Assembly (NCBI RefSeq): GCF_018350175.1
Contig: NC_058368.1
Location: forward strand, 232,254,001-232,318,000
Source: Felis catus
Lineage: Eukaryota
Reading direction: 5' to 3'
Length of the DNA stretch: 64,000 bases
This document shows positions 50,256 through 62,939 of the stretch, one piece after another (the stretch's first letter is position 1; every line of letters begins with the position of its first letter). A program made the position numbers and the translations under genes. The notes beneath the pieces are model-generated. The model saw only the letters and a program-made list of their open reading frames with translations, was not told the origin of the DNA and did not search any database.

Positions 50256-52087
50256 TTAGTAACCATTCTTACCTGATGATTTCCACCAGAATATCAAGAA
50301 TCCTATGTGGCATGTGATAGTCATTAGCTCCCTGAAACGTCTTGGAAAACAATTTCTATTTTTAGCATCAAATGTAAGGCTGTTCACATCCCGTTCAGGG
50401 TCGGGTAGTTACTGTCGGGGTTCCTCAGCCAATCATAGTGTGCATATTCAGCTGAACCATAGAACTACCCCCCTTGAATCCAATCACTTTATAATTTCGG
50501 CCATTAATATAAAACTGATTGGTCATACTATTTCTTGGCACGTCGTAATTCTATATGTTAAATGAGTGCATCATAATCAAACCTCAAAAAGCAGGTGGAA
50601 AGAGAAGTTCTGAGTCTCATGGTAGACTGTGTACGATGAAGAGACAACGAATAGAAGAACAAACTTGGTCATCAGAGATCAGGTCTAAGAAGCTCGAATT
50701 GATCTTTATTCCGGAGCTGGGGCCACCCCTGGGGCACGTGACCCCCTGCCCCGCTCAATATGTCACCAGCACACAGAGACCAACTCAGCTACTTGGCCCA
50801 GGTTTTGAATATATTTGCTAGTCACATCTTCCAAAAAGGAAACTTCACCTCCATAGGAAATGTGAAATACCTAGTGTACAGAAGCTAAGAGTTATTGGGA
50901 GCGTCCTGTATATTTATTAAGATGTGGGATCTTACTGTTTTATAGGTGACGTCGAACTTACTAAGGCTTAAAGACCTGCATTTTTTAAGCAGGGGTCCAT
51001 AAACCACATATGTGCTGAGTCCGTTTCAGCAAGGAGCCCCGGACACTTGCCCAGCCAGGCTGGCACAGAGTGATGAAGGGGACGACGGTGGCGTGCGGCA
51101 TTTTCAATTTGGGGATGGCAATGCTGTCACACTGTCAGCCTGGAAGACCCCAGACAAGGGTTTATTGTATTCCTCTCTGATGGCCTCCATTTCGAGAGAA
51201 AACAAGAGGGCTCACGCATGTCCCGTCTAGTCTCTCACATGACTGGGTTGATGGCATTCGTTGGGGCTATTTCTTCATTTTGGAGCAGCATCCAAATAAT
51301 ACCGTAATAAAAGATGCTATAAACAAAGGGAAATGAAGTCATCCATCTTCTGGTGTGTTGGTGTGGAGATGAGAAGGACCAGCATTGGGGTGGTGGGGAG
51401 GGGGGATGGCCAGAAGGTATTAAATCAGAGAAGCACTTTCCAGATTCTCTGCTGAAGGCCTATGATGTCACAGACACGAAGAACTCCTGAGTATCACTTC
51501 TAAACTTCTTTAAAAAATGGGTTATGAGTAAAGAAAAGCAGTGAGAACAATTCGAGTCATGACGAAATAGGTATTTTGATAGGCTTCCAGAGCGAGCTGG
51601 CCTTGTGGACACACGTGGCCAGTCTCTCTCCTGTCGGAAACTCTCTGATGTCGTATTAAAGGAGTATTCTTTCAAAGCCTGAAGCAACAAAGACAGGTCT
51701 TCCTGGGCCTGAATCCCTGATTGGAGGGGGGATGAATTAATGGTGGATTCCTAGAAGCTAAACAACCGCCCCCAACACACTTGGTGTGTGAGGGACCTGG
51801 ATGAGAAGCAACAACCCGTCAGTGTACCACCTCCCTCGGTTGTGGGTGGTATTCGCCTAGTTGGAAGTAAAGACACTGGATTTTGATCTAACCAAAATTA
51901 CAGCCTAACTGCGTTCAGATAACAGGAGACAGGGATGTTCCAGGCCCAAGGGTGGGGTAGGGAGTAAAGGGCCAGAGCCTCTTTTTTCAGTAGCGCACAG
52001 TGAATGGATAATGCCTAATCCTGGAATATTCTAGTTGTCAGATCTGTGGGATAAATATGCAAATACTCAACTAAAAGGTATGGGGGA

Positions 52088-52296
52088 GGGGCACCTGGGT
52101 GGCTCAGTTGGTTAAGTGTTGGTTAAGTGGCTCAGTTGGCTCAGGTCACGATCTCTCGGTTCATGAGTTCGAAACCTGCGTTGGGCTCAGTGCTGACATC
52201 TCGGAGCCCGGAGCCTGCTTCGGATTCTGTGTCTCCCTCTCTCTCTGCCCCACCCCTACTCTCTCTCTCAAAAATAAACAAACATTAAAAAAAAAA
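52088..52296 (+). mobile_element. CAN-SINE with rearranged head
   Basis: SINE body with micro-duplications in the first 60 nt. Confidence 0.92.
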
Positions 52297-52401
52297 GATA
52301 CAGGGAAAAGATAGAGTGGTTCTCTTTTTCATAAGAAAGCTTCGAGGGCTATTTAACACTTATTTTATGTATATGTTTAACATTGATAAAAATGATTTTT
52401 A

Positions 52402-52617
52402 AATTTTTTTTTCAACGTTTTATTTATTTTTGGGACAGAGAGAGACAGAGCATGAACGGGGGAGGGGCAGAGAGAGAGGGAGACACAGAATTGGAAACAG
52501 GCTCCAAGCTCTGAGCCATCAGCCCAGAGCCTGATGCGGGGCTCGAACTCCCGGACCGCAAGATCGTGACCTGGCTGAAGTCGGACGCTTAACCGACTGC
52601 GCCACCCAGGCCCCCCT
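52402..52617 (-). mobile_element. Young cat-type SINEC
   Basis: Near-consensus body; flanks taaaaat(g/t)atttt. Confidence 0.95.
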
Positions 52618-53005
52618 AAAAATTATTTTTAAAGTATGGTCATAACTGGGTGCATTAAGTATTGTTAAATGAAACTTGCTTTATCATGAAATGGAAGAAC
52701 ATTAAGGTAGTAAGTATTGTGTCCAAGGTCAAACCCTGTACCCCTCCTATGTGGCGCTTCTTCTGTTTAGAATTCTTGACAAATAAATCTTTAAGAATTT
52801 TAATAATTGGAGTCCTGAATTCCACCCCCCACCACCCCACCCCATGCCCCATTTTCCAGACCTTCATCTGTACCCTACTCAATGACCGGACGCCCCGCCT
52901 GTGCTTACAAGGGAGATGTCTGGTAGTGAGGGAAGGGAGGAGAAACAGAAATGGCTGTATCAATGAGGGAAATGCTGTGAAACTTACACAGTGGAAGTTA
53001 TTACA

Positions 53006-53207
53006 GGGGCGCCTGGGTGGCTCAGTTGGTTAAGCATCCAACTTGTACTCAGGTCATGATCTCACAGTTCATGAGTTGGAGCCCCACGTAGGGCTCTGTG
53101 CTGACATTGCAGAGCCTGCTTAAGATCCTCTGTCCCCTCTCTCTCTGCCCCTCCGCCACTTGTGCTCTCTCTCAATAAGTAAGTAAATAAATAAATAACA
53201 TATTTTT
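53006..53207 (+). mobile_element. CAN-SINE
   Basis: Head ggggcgcctgggtggctcag; gaagttat on both flanks. Confidence 0.92.
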
Positions 53208-53547
53208 GAAAAGAAGTTATGTATTGTGTATTTTATTTGGATAAATAAATACTTCACTACTCTTATGCTTAGAATCTGTGATCCCAGAGCTTAAAATACT
53301 CATTAAATCTCATTGAGCATTATGTTGTCCAAAAACGAAAAGTTTTGCTTCCATCATTTGAACTTCAAGCTTTTTTTTTTTTTTTTAAAAAGCTAAGATT
53401 AACATTGGAATAGTCAGCAGTTTTGGTTATTTATCAGGTGAAAGATGGAAGATGGTTTTTATGGGATCACCATTCTTATTCATGTACGGTTACACTTACT
53501 GTCTCATTCTTGTTGACACAGGATAAACTGTGCAGATTCCTTCTCTT

Positions 53548-53749
53548 GTTTTAAAGTTTATTTATTTTGAGAGAGAGAGAGAGAGAGAACATGAGCAGAG
53601 GAGGAGCAGAGAGAGAGAGAGAGAACACAAGAAGGCTCTGTGCTGTTAGTGCAGAGCCGAGTGTGGGGCTCCATTAGGCAATCTGAGACTGTGACCTAAG
53701 CCGAGATCAAGAGTGGGACGCTTAACCGACTGAGCCACCCAGGCGCCCC
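53548..53749 (-). mobile_element. CAN-SINE
   Basis: TSD ctgtgcagattccttct. Confidence 0.93.
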
Positions 53750-53955
53750 TGTGCAGATTCCTTCTGTGGTTGACCTGAACACTGATCATCCTCTTAAATG
53801 TCCAATTTAACAAAAATGTGTTTTCCACTTTGTAGAATAGCCGGTGGGTGTCAGGATGTGACGTTTTAGAGAGCCCTGTCTCTCAGTAAGGGAAGGAAGC
53901 CCTGGACCCAGTTTATGCCCTACGATAAGCACCTGCCGCACCCTTTCTCTCCCAG

Positions 53956-54181
53956 GAGTACCAGCCTTGCAATATCAACCCGTGCCCCGAGCTGAAGAAG
54001 ACCACACCCTGGACGCCCTGGACGCCCGTCAACATCTCGGACAACGGGGGCCACTATGAGCAGCGATTTCGCTACACGTGCAAAGCCCGCCTGCCTGATC
54101 CAAATCTGCTGGAAGTGGGAAGACAGAGAATCGAGATGCGATACTGTTCTAGTGACGGAACCAGCGGCTGCTCTACAGACG
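53956..54181 (+). CDS. SEMA5A: Semaphorin-5A internal coding exon (atypical TSP1 repeat, TSR4 region)
   Basis: Acceptor ctctcccag|GAG, donor G|gtgagc; 226 nt; EYQPCNINPCPELKKTTPWTPWTPVNISDNGGHYEQRFRYTCKARLPDPNLLEVGRQRIEMRYCSSDGTSGCSTD(G); phases match both neighbours. Confidence 0.97.
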
Positions 54182-55687
54182 GTGAGCAGCCAACCCCCCA
54201 GGACCGACCCAACTTGCACAGACCCGCGTGCGACCCCATCTCTCAGGTCACAGGCGAGCAAGGGGCTCTTTTCCTTTTGATTATTTTCCCCTTAGCAATC
54301 TACGACAGTGATCCCACAAGTGCACAAATGCCTTTTGTGGCAAACTGATGGGAAAGAGTTCTATACTGAGGTGGTCCTGTGAACTCAGCCCTCAAAATAA
54401 CACTGCCTTCTTAATACATCCAGAAGAGTCTGGGGGGGGGGGGTTATTTAATATCAGAAAATATATCAAGGAAGGCTCAGTCGTCTTCCATGAATCTTCT
54501 GTCACTAAAATGTAAGCTGCAGATAAGCTTTTCCTTTGATTATCCCCAAACTGGACAAAGACAAAGAAAGACCATCTCTGTGTTTCTGTCTATAGAAGGA
54601 TCTTTCTGCAAAAAAGTTCAGCCTGTGGGGATCCTTTAATAGGCTCTGAAATTGCTCTGCCCTTTTAATCCCTTCAATACCATATTAATAGCGGAAGGGA
54701 AAGCTCTAAGAGAGACCACAAGATGCACCCTCCGCCTGGCCCCGCTGCTCAGTGGGCTACTCTCCTCTGACAACTCACTGGCTCCCCCTGGAGCTCAGCT
54801 GTCTCCACTGCAGGAAAGGGGGCGAGCCTGGCCTTCCCAAAGAGCTTCATTTCCGCTTCCTTATTCGTCACTTCTGTCTTTCCCATCTACTTTCACAAAA
54901 TTTGTCCAATTCTGGAAAGGAAATAGGTGTTCACAGATGGTTCTCAGAACATGATGTGATGAGGACGGTGATAGTAATGTCGTGCACCTGGAACATTTCT
55001 CAGCACCTTTGTGTTTATGATTCCACCTCATTCTCCCAACATGAATGTGACATAGAAAGCATAGTCACCGTCAGTGACACTTTTAGAGAAGGATCCTTAG
55101 ACCCAGGGTGGGTGGCCTTGATGAACCACGGAGGCAGTCGCCATGTTGGACTGACATGGATGGGATAAATTCATGGGGGTGTGATAAACGTCCTCCTTCA
55201 TTGCCAGAGGGAAATGGCTCTGGAGTGGCTCCACGTGAGGACCACTGGTGGCACGCTGGCCACAAATGTCCCTGTCTCCTCCGGGAGCCTCTGAACAGCA
55301 GGGGCATCTTGGATCTGCCAGCCTTCATGACTGGAGGCTTGGCGGTTGCCATCGAGAGCCACATCTAATTGTACGTTCTGACATTAACTATTTCCTGACC
55401 TCAAACCATCCTGCTCACTGTAGTTCACCAACTAAATATAAGCCTGTTCATTGTTTCTTGAAAAAAAAAAGTCTGCTTTAGTGAAAAATGTTGTGTGAAT
55501 AAGTCTACAATTTACATAAAGCAAACACCCATACATGTAGAAAATCAAGCAAAATGATATTCACTCTTATTAATTCTGTAAAACCCTGCTGTAAGAAGAA
55601 AAGATATATGATAGAATATCAAGAGAAAACTGAGGACCCATTTGAAAGATCTGCATTCCACAAGGGATTATCCTGTGATGTCATGTT

Positions 55688-55917
55688 AGCATTGTGACAT
55701 AAAATACAAAATCCCCAGTTAAAGATGAATTTCAGATATTTTTCAGAATTTTTAAAATATGAGTATGCCCCATGAATCTTTTCTGGGTAAGTATGACCCA
55801 TGCAATACTTGGGACATACTTACCCTAAAACATTGCTAAAATTTGAATATCCAAATTCATCTGAAACTTGGATTTAACAGGGGTTCTTCTATTTTATTTG
55901 CAAAATCTGGCAATGCT
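55688..55917. mobile_element. MER53-like palindromic MITE
   Basis: Inverted ends agcattg..ataaaata..cagttaaa / tttaacag..tattttat..caatgct; central aagtatgacccatgcaatacttgggacatactt hairpin typical of MER53. Confidence 0.8.
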
Positions 55918-57440
55918 GTCTCTGAGTCATTCACTTATTTTCTCATTTCAGAGCAGGCAGTGAATTTTCTTATTTCTTATGTCATCTAAGTAAAACAGAG
56001 ACAGTGAATAGCAGTGTGTCCCTACAGGAATGTCATTGTCTTCTCTGAACATACATTTTTTTAACCCTTTCATTCTCAGATACATATAAAACCATAGCTG
56101 ATATTTGTTTTCAATGATAGTAATATAAACTAAGAACAAGTTTGATACACATTTATAAAAAATATCCCATATTTCCTCCAAAAGTATATCTTGAGCAAGC
56201 CTTAAAATGTACTTCCTCTGCCTTGTGTCTTAGGGGCTTCTGGTTCTAATGACCATCCACACGTTTTGGTATGGACACCTTGAAAATACAGAATTGGGCT
56301 TCTTTGCCTCTGATTGCCCAAAATGAGGTTTGCCTGTGCATAGTTGTTTCTGTATTGATTAAGCACAGAGTACCGGTTCATTACAGAAAGACATTTCTAA
56401 TCCATTTTCTCAAAAGAGCATCCTTCCTAGGTTTCTGAGCCAGAGTTTTTAACAACAGAGGAGCTTAGCAACAGGGCTGTGAGTGTATTTGCCTTGTCAC
56501 ACCTCCCGGGAACTGCGTGGCATCCTCAGAGTTTTTTGTTAAAACCCGCATCACATCGCCAGCGTTTGAGAGAATTACTGAATATTTGTAATATTGTCAG
56601 CGAGCAGCCATTTTCACCAAAGCAAGCAGGAATTTTGACTGTGGCTAATTAAATGGCTTCCCAAGTGTAGAATGCTCAGAGCAGACCAGACCCCAGTACA
56701 TAGGCAGAGCCTGTTCTTAACAAGACATTTCCTCGCTGCTGTGTTCTTACCGCCACATGTGTACCTGGGGAAACACACCTGCTGGTAAGTGTGCTGTGAA
56801 CTGCATAGGAGCGGGTGCCACTGGGCAAGTTCATTCACAGGTGTGTTCAGTTCCGAGTCAGGAGCTCCACCCCTTGCCTGGTTCTTGAACAGACACCTGT
56901 CGCCCTGGCCTGTGATTCCGAAGCAGTTAACTCTGAATTATTTCCGAGACTTTCACCAGCATTAATTCACTTTGGGAAGGCTCACGGATAGAGGAACGGG
57001 TTTAGAAAAACGTCTGAATCATGCTTCCGTTTGTCCAGACGGATGTCCCCAATGGTGAGCATGGCCTGGTCCTGGACAGCCCGGTTTTTTTGCAGGATTC
57101 CCAAGGGAAGGGAGAAAGTTGTGTTTTCTTTGTAAGAAGTTTCTCAGGAAAATAAGTGACCTACAAACCCAAGACCTATTCCTTGTATAAGGAAGTTACC
57201 ACATTTACAAATCTAGTTCTCAGCTGCATCCTATGCAATAGCAACCGCAGAGAAAGAAGCTTCAGCGATTGGAGATGATCATTCGCCAACAGTTTGGTTT
57301 TTGAAGCATCAGAAGTATTCAACCGATGTTGAGAGTGTAGTTCTAGAAACGAAGCAGGCAGCCGAGGCAGAGTGAAGGTTTGCACTGTGCTTCCTCTAAG
57401 GACTTCTAATAGAATCACACTTGGGCCATTTCCTTGGCAG

Positions 57441-57659
57441 GCCTTTCTGGCGATTTCCTGCGTGCCGGGAGATACTCCGCCCACACCGTCAACGGGGCGT
57501 GGTCGGCCTGGACGTCGTGGTCACAGTGCAGCCGCGACTGCAGCAGGGGCATCCGGAACCGGAAGCGGGTTTGCAACAACCCCGAGCCCAAGTATGGGGG
57601 CTTGCCTTGCCTGGGCCCCTCCCTGGAATACCAGGAATGCAACATTCTGCCTTGCCCAG
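57441..57659 (+). CDS. SEMA5A: Semaphorin-5A internal coding exon (TSP1 repeat)
   Basis: Acceptor ccttggcag|GC, donor G|gtgagt; 219 nt, phase 1/1; LSGDFLRAGRYSAHTVNGAWSAWTSWSQCSRDCSRGIRNRKRVCNNPEPKYGGLPCLGPSLEYQECNILPCP. Confidence 0.98.
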
Positions 57660-57861
57660 GTGAGTGGATTGAGTAATCTGGAAAACTTCTGAAAAATCAA
57701 GGGCCTTAGAAGACCTTCTATTTAGGGAGGCTCGTTTAGCTTCCCCAGCCTTAGGCTTGAGATTATATGTATGTAAGACTCACGGACTATATTTTCTAAC
57801 TGCATTGGTGTAAAGACACATATAACCTAGGCTGGGTTATATTCATTTATTTCTCCTGATA

Positions 57862-58035
57862 TTTTTAAATGTTTATTTATTTTGAGAGAGAGAAAGAATG
57901 AGTGTGGGAGGGGCAGAGAGAGAGGAAGAGGGAATCCTAAGCAGGCCCCGAGCTGTCAGTGCAGAGCTGACCATGAGATCATGACCTGAGCCGAAACCAA
58001 AAGTTGGATGCTTAACTGAGCCACCCAGGCGCCCC
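57862..58035 (-). mobile_element. CAN-SINE with internal deletion
   Basis: Body ending caggcgcccc; tctcctgat on both flanks. Confidence 0.9.
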
Positions 58036-59284
58036 TATGTCTCCTGATTTAAAAGCAACTACAACATTCTCGTGAATCCCTCTAAAAATCCTGGGCCCTA
58101 GGCATCATGCCTGATGGAGAAGTCGGCCCTGCCGTCATCGCCTGGAGAGATGTGTTGTGTCCTTGAAGCTGGAGGTTGACCTTCTCCCAAACTGATAGGC
58201 CCAGCCGTCCCAGGACCACCCTCCCCCCCATACCACAGGCTCCTCTTCCAGAATGACAGGTATCGAGAATGACCCACCAGGTGCCAGCCAAACCAGCCAG
58301 ATCAGTCCGTCAGCAGGCCTCCACTCTGTGCTGGGTTCAGTCCTCTAAACACACACGCTTCTCCCCTGGAGGCTGACAGAAGCTGTGTTGTCTGTGTCCC
58401 GAGACCTGGCGTCTCATTCGACGAACTCCCAGAAAATCACAGGGTTAATAAATGAGCCTGAAGAGCCTCCTTCCTCCAGGACAGGACGCTGTGTGCACCG
58501 TCTGTCCTAGTCAGCGCTCAGTCTCTCTGTGTCCCCACGGCCACAGCTCTGGATGTGTCTCTGGCACCTGACTCGCTTCCACCTGATGCTCCCGTGGTCA
58601 GAGTCTGTCATCGATGCCGCATGGCCACCCGAACCCTGTCGACGGCTGTGCGTGTTGTCTTTGGCTCTGTCGAGTGAAGGCTCCAGGACAGCCGGGAACT
58701 CTGTGACGGACCCACTCCCTGCAGTGTCCCCGGCTCCCAGCATTAGCCTGGCACCCACGAAAGGGCTCTCAGTGATCGTTCATGGAACGATGAGAAAACA
58801 AGCCCGTGGTTACTTGACCTCCCTCCCTTCCTTCTTTGCTTCAATTCTGTCAGCAAACATTTCTGGATAGCCCACTGTGCACCATTCACAGGGAATACGT
58901 GGGCATGGTGATATGGTCCCGGGCAGAAAAGAACCTAGAGTTCGGTGAGGAGGCATCCTGGGAATGATGTCAACTCAGTATGGTCAGTGGCTATTGGGCT
59001 GATGACCAGATGTAGTGACTATATCAGCCAAGGACCCATTGAGCTGGAAGTATGGCAGCTACCCCGATCAGGTGGCCCCTGAACTGGGTCCTGAGGGACA
59101 GACGGGAGTTGACCAAATAGACAAGCAGGGATGGTGAGTGAAGGAGGGTTATTCCAAACACCAGGTACAGTGATTTTAAAGATACAGAAGCCTGCAAGCA
59201 TAGCATCTTTTTCAGTGGGTACAAATAAGTTTCTTAGTTCCTTAAGCAAGGAACTCTCTTGCAGCAGTCCTCAGTGAACATTTG

Positions 59285-59692
59285 TTGGATGGGTGAATGG
59301 ACGAAAGGTGGATGGATAGATGATGGATGGGTGCTGGGTGAATTGGTGGATGGATAGATAGGTGGATGGATGGACAGATGAATTGGATATTTGATGGATG
59401 GATGGATAGGTGGGAGATAAATGGATGATGGGTGGATTGGTAGATGAATAGATGGGTGAATGGATAATAGATGGATGGGTGGTGGACGAATAGATGGATG
59501 GATAGATGATGGATGGGTGCTGGGTGAATTGGTGGATGGGTGGTGAGTGAATTGGTGGATGGATAGATAAGTGGATGGATGGACAGATGAATAATGGGTA
59601 GATGAGGGATGGATGGATAGGTGGGGGATGAATGGGTGATGGGTGGATTGGTAGATGAATAAATAGTTGGATGGCTGGATGGCTGGATGAAT
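59285..59692. repeat. Degenerate (TGGA)n-type tandem repeat
   Basis: About 400 nt of tgga/taga/tggg variants, preceded by an L2-like ctcagtgaacatttgttgga. Confidence 0.95.
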
Positions 59693-62600
59693 AAATGTAC
59701 ATTAAACTGAAAATAACATAGCTCTCAGCTTTGTAGCTGAGAATCCCAATAATGCCCTTGTTCCTAGGGCTGCTCAGCCCCTTTTAGGCTGTCTCTTCCT
59801 GTATTTCTCCAGCCCCAGGGGACTTTTCCCTTCAGCCACTCAGTTCTCCCAAACAAGTGATGTTGAGGGGGTGGGAAAGGTCACAAAGCCAGTTCTTTCC
59901 CACAGCCCCAGCACGGAGAGTGAGATTCCTCCCTGGAGCTGGGAGACAGTTTGTTGGTGACATCATCAGATTAGGATACGTGTTATAAACTGAACAGGGA
60001 GGGTGATAGGGGAATGTCAGGATCCCTCCATCCACCCACGCCTCCCCAGGATCCAGACATGAGTCCTCATCACTGTCAACGAGCTTCAAGTCTCCTCCAA
60101 ATATTTGGATGCCACTCTGGTCCTTGCATGTAAGGCTCAGGCCCATCTCAGACACATCCCTTAACATGACTCGGGGGCTGTTTGTATTTCAGTTGATTTG
60201 ATGGCCAAGCCAGTATCATGTGCACATAACCCTAATGTCTTGAAATAGCTCTGTCCTCATTTTCTTTCTGAAAGCCAACATTCCAGAGGGTTGTGGAAAT
60301 ATTCAGACGTCACTTTCCACTTGGGAATGAGCAAGTTCAGGCGACTGAGTTGGGTAAATGTCTATCCTCTCTCCCACCTTCTAGAAAATTCCTGAACACA
60401 CGATGGGATGTAACTTGGCAAGGAGGGATTGGAAGCGATCAGGGATGTGGGTGCCAAGCTGCAAATCCAGCAATAGGGCTATTTTTTTACCCCATTTAGG
60501 ATACTCTCCTCCCTGTGAATTTACTCATCCTTAGTCCTACTGGGCAAGAACAGCCACAATGGACACTGTATCTTATTTAAAAACAAGTTTGTTCATTATG
60601 ATGAAATTTGAAAATCAAAGGCTAGATGAATGGAAAGTCCTTTAAATCAGACAATGAAAAATTTGATCTCCAATTCCAGTTTGTATACTAAACTGCAATA
60701 AGGTTGTAAAGTCATGATCATGTTGAAATGATCCTTTCTCCCCTCCCGTGGGTTGGTCTGGTAGTAACTTCACCTATGTAATTTTCCTCCAACACTGAGC
60801 AGTAGCTTGGTCTTTCTTCACTCCCTTTGTCAATCCACGTTTATTTCAGAACTAAGGATTCCAGATCTTGACCTACAAAGGTAGAATCAACAGGTAGTTC
60901 CTTGTTACTAAGTACTATTCAAATTCAAATAAGAGTCTGTGTATATTTATGAAAACCTTAAGTATGAGGGAGGAGGATCCTGAGTGGGAAGGACAGACTA
61001 TGAATCAAAGTGATGAGTTGGGGCAGATGTGTGTTCTATAGATAACATGTTAGACACCTGTGATGAGCTTAGAACACTCTGCCTTTCTCTTCGTGAATTC
61101 CTTGAGTCCACGCTTTGTTCTGTAAACCACAGGTGACAAAAATGGCTCATGAGACATAGCTTCTGCCCAGAAGGAGCACTGAGGATTGGAGTAGGGGCAG
61201 CTGTTGCAGGAAACTTCTGCCCAGGGGTCCTTGGAGGAGTCTAGAGCACAGCTGTCCTACAGTGATGACCTGTGTGGCCCAGGCCTCCGGACGCTGGGGA
61301 ATCCACGTCAAACACGCCCACGTCCTGGAGAACTGTAAATGTCGGGCTTTGTATCTCCGACAGCACACAGGATGCCTGACACTCAGACGTTAATCATTCC
61401 ATTTTGCTTTGCTCTTTAGATCACTAGTAACTGTACTTCCCGTGGCCACCATTCTTATGTTACTGTAGTAGGTAGATGCCAACACGAATTGGCATCTTCT
61501 TCTATGAAGTTGACCTAATCCATACATTCCATTGGCTCAAAAATAATTCCCTACAATTGATTGCTTTGCTCCTTGCAAAAAACCTGGGATCTGAGCTTTC
61601 GTATATTTGTCCGATCTTCCTGTGAGCTGGTCTTTCTTGGCCAGGAGGAGATTCCCGCCGGAGTTTTAGCGACGGGACAGAAGTTACGTGAAACCCTACA
61701 CTGTGCCGAGTCCTGGGCTCAGCCTGCCAGGCCTGCTCCCCATGTGTTCCCTCTGCGCCCTAACCCTTCTGCATTTCAGTCCCACATTTCTAGAATACAA
61801 CCCCGCCACCAAGGCTGGCGGTGAGGACAGGGCGGGGGGGGGGGGCAATACTGAGCGAGTTATTATTTCCACTCGTGTAGTTATTTTGTTAGTCCAGCCT
61901 AGTTTATGTAGTGGAAAAGGGAGATTTCATGTGCTCAGCCCAGCTCGGTTCCCCTGGTGTGCATGGCTAGCACGGAGTCTACATTTGTATGGTTTTCTTG
62001 GCTTCCAAGTTCCTGTTTTCCGACCAGGTTCTGCATGCTCCCTGGCAGTGAAGGCTACGTCATGGAGCTTTTTAATAGGCTGTTATTTCTGTTTTGGAAA
62101 CACGTTAGCCTTCCTAATGTGAAATGGCATTTCCATACTCAATGTCATTTTTCACCCGGTATAAAGCAGCATCCCCCCTCTCCCCAGTGTCACTGCCCCC
62201 AGAGGAAGGTTGAGATTTGAAACGTAAGCACGAGGATGACGTGGTGGGGGGCGACGGGCAGGGTAGAATCGGTCTGGGGGCATCGGACAATTACAGACCA
62301 GGGCGACTACCTGATGGAATGAAGTGGCTGGAATTGTCCTTTGATTTCCTTTTGTACAGGGAGCATCTATTTCCCCAACTCTTCGATATCCCTTGGAGCA
62401 AAGCAATTGCCGTGGCAATTGGTAGAGGTACGATGTGATCTTATGGTTTAAACTGACAAGTGGGAACGTTTTCGCAACTGGGTTCGGTTACAAATGTGCC
62501 CCCACACTGCTCACATTTTGAGCGAGAATGACACTCTCTCTGTCAAACAACCAACAGTCCTGGGCCGGGGGATGTTTTTCACGATCCCCACCGGACAGTC

Positions 62601-62939
62601 GGTGTGGGGGGCGGGGGCGGGCAGCCTTTATTAGACGAGATGAAATGATACTTAGCGTACTGGTTGAAATGTGGATAGGAGCGAACACTGTTTGAAAGAC
62701 CGCAAGGTGGGTTGTACATAGGAGCTTATTGGCTCCCTGCTGTGTGTGACCGTTAGATCCTGCGTGATCATAAAATGCTTGTGAAGGGAAGCACTCGATG
62801 TTTGGTTTGTTTTTGAAGTGTTTACCCTTTTTTTGTGTTTGAGTAAGGATATTTAACATGAGAGCCACCCACGTGAGATAACAAAGACTTAACAAACCTT
62901 TATTAAAAGACGATACTGTTGAACAGTTGTACTGTTCGG

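Larger units (their letters stand above)
16604..53955 (+). other. SEMA5A: Large SEMA5A GT-AG intron (37,352 nt, phase 0)
   Basis: Flanking exons join in frame (CNV|EYQPC); no additional exon is needed or seen. Confidence 0.93.

Noticed and set aside
59271..59702. 143-aa His/Pro/Ser/Ile-rich ORF
   Set aside because: Translation of the (TCCA)n strand of a simple repeat.
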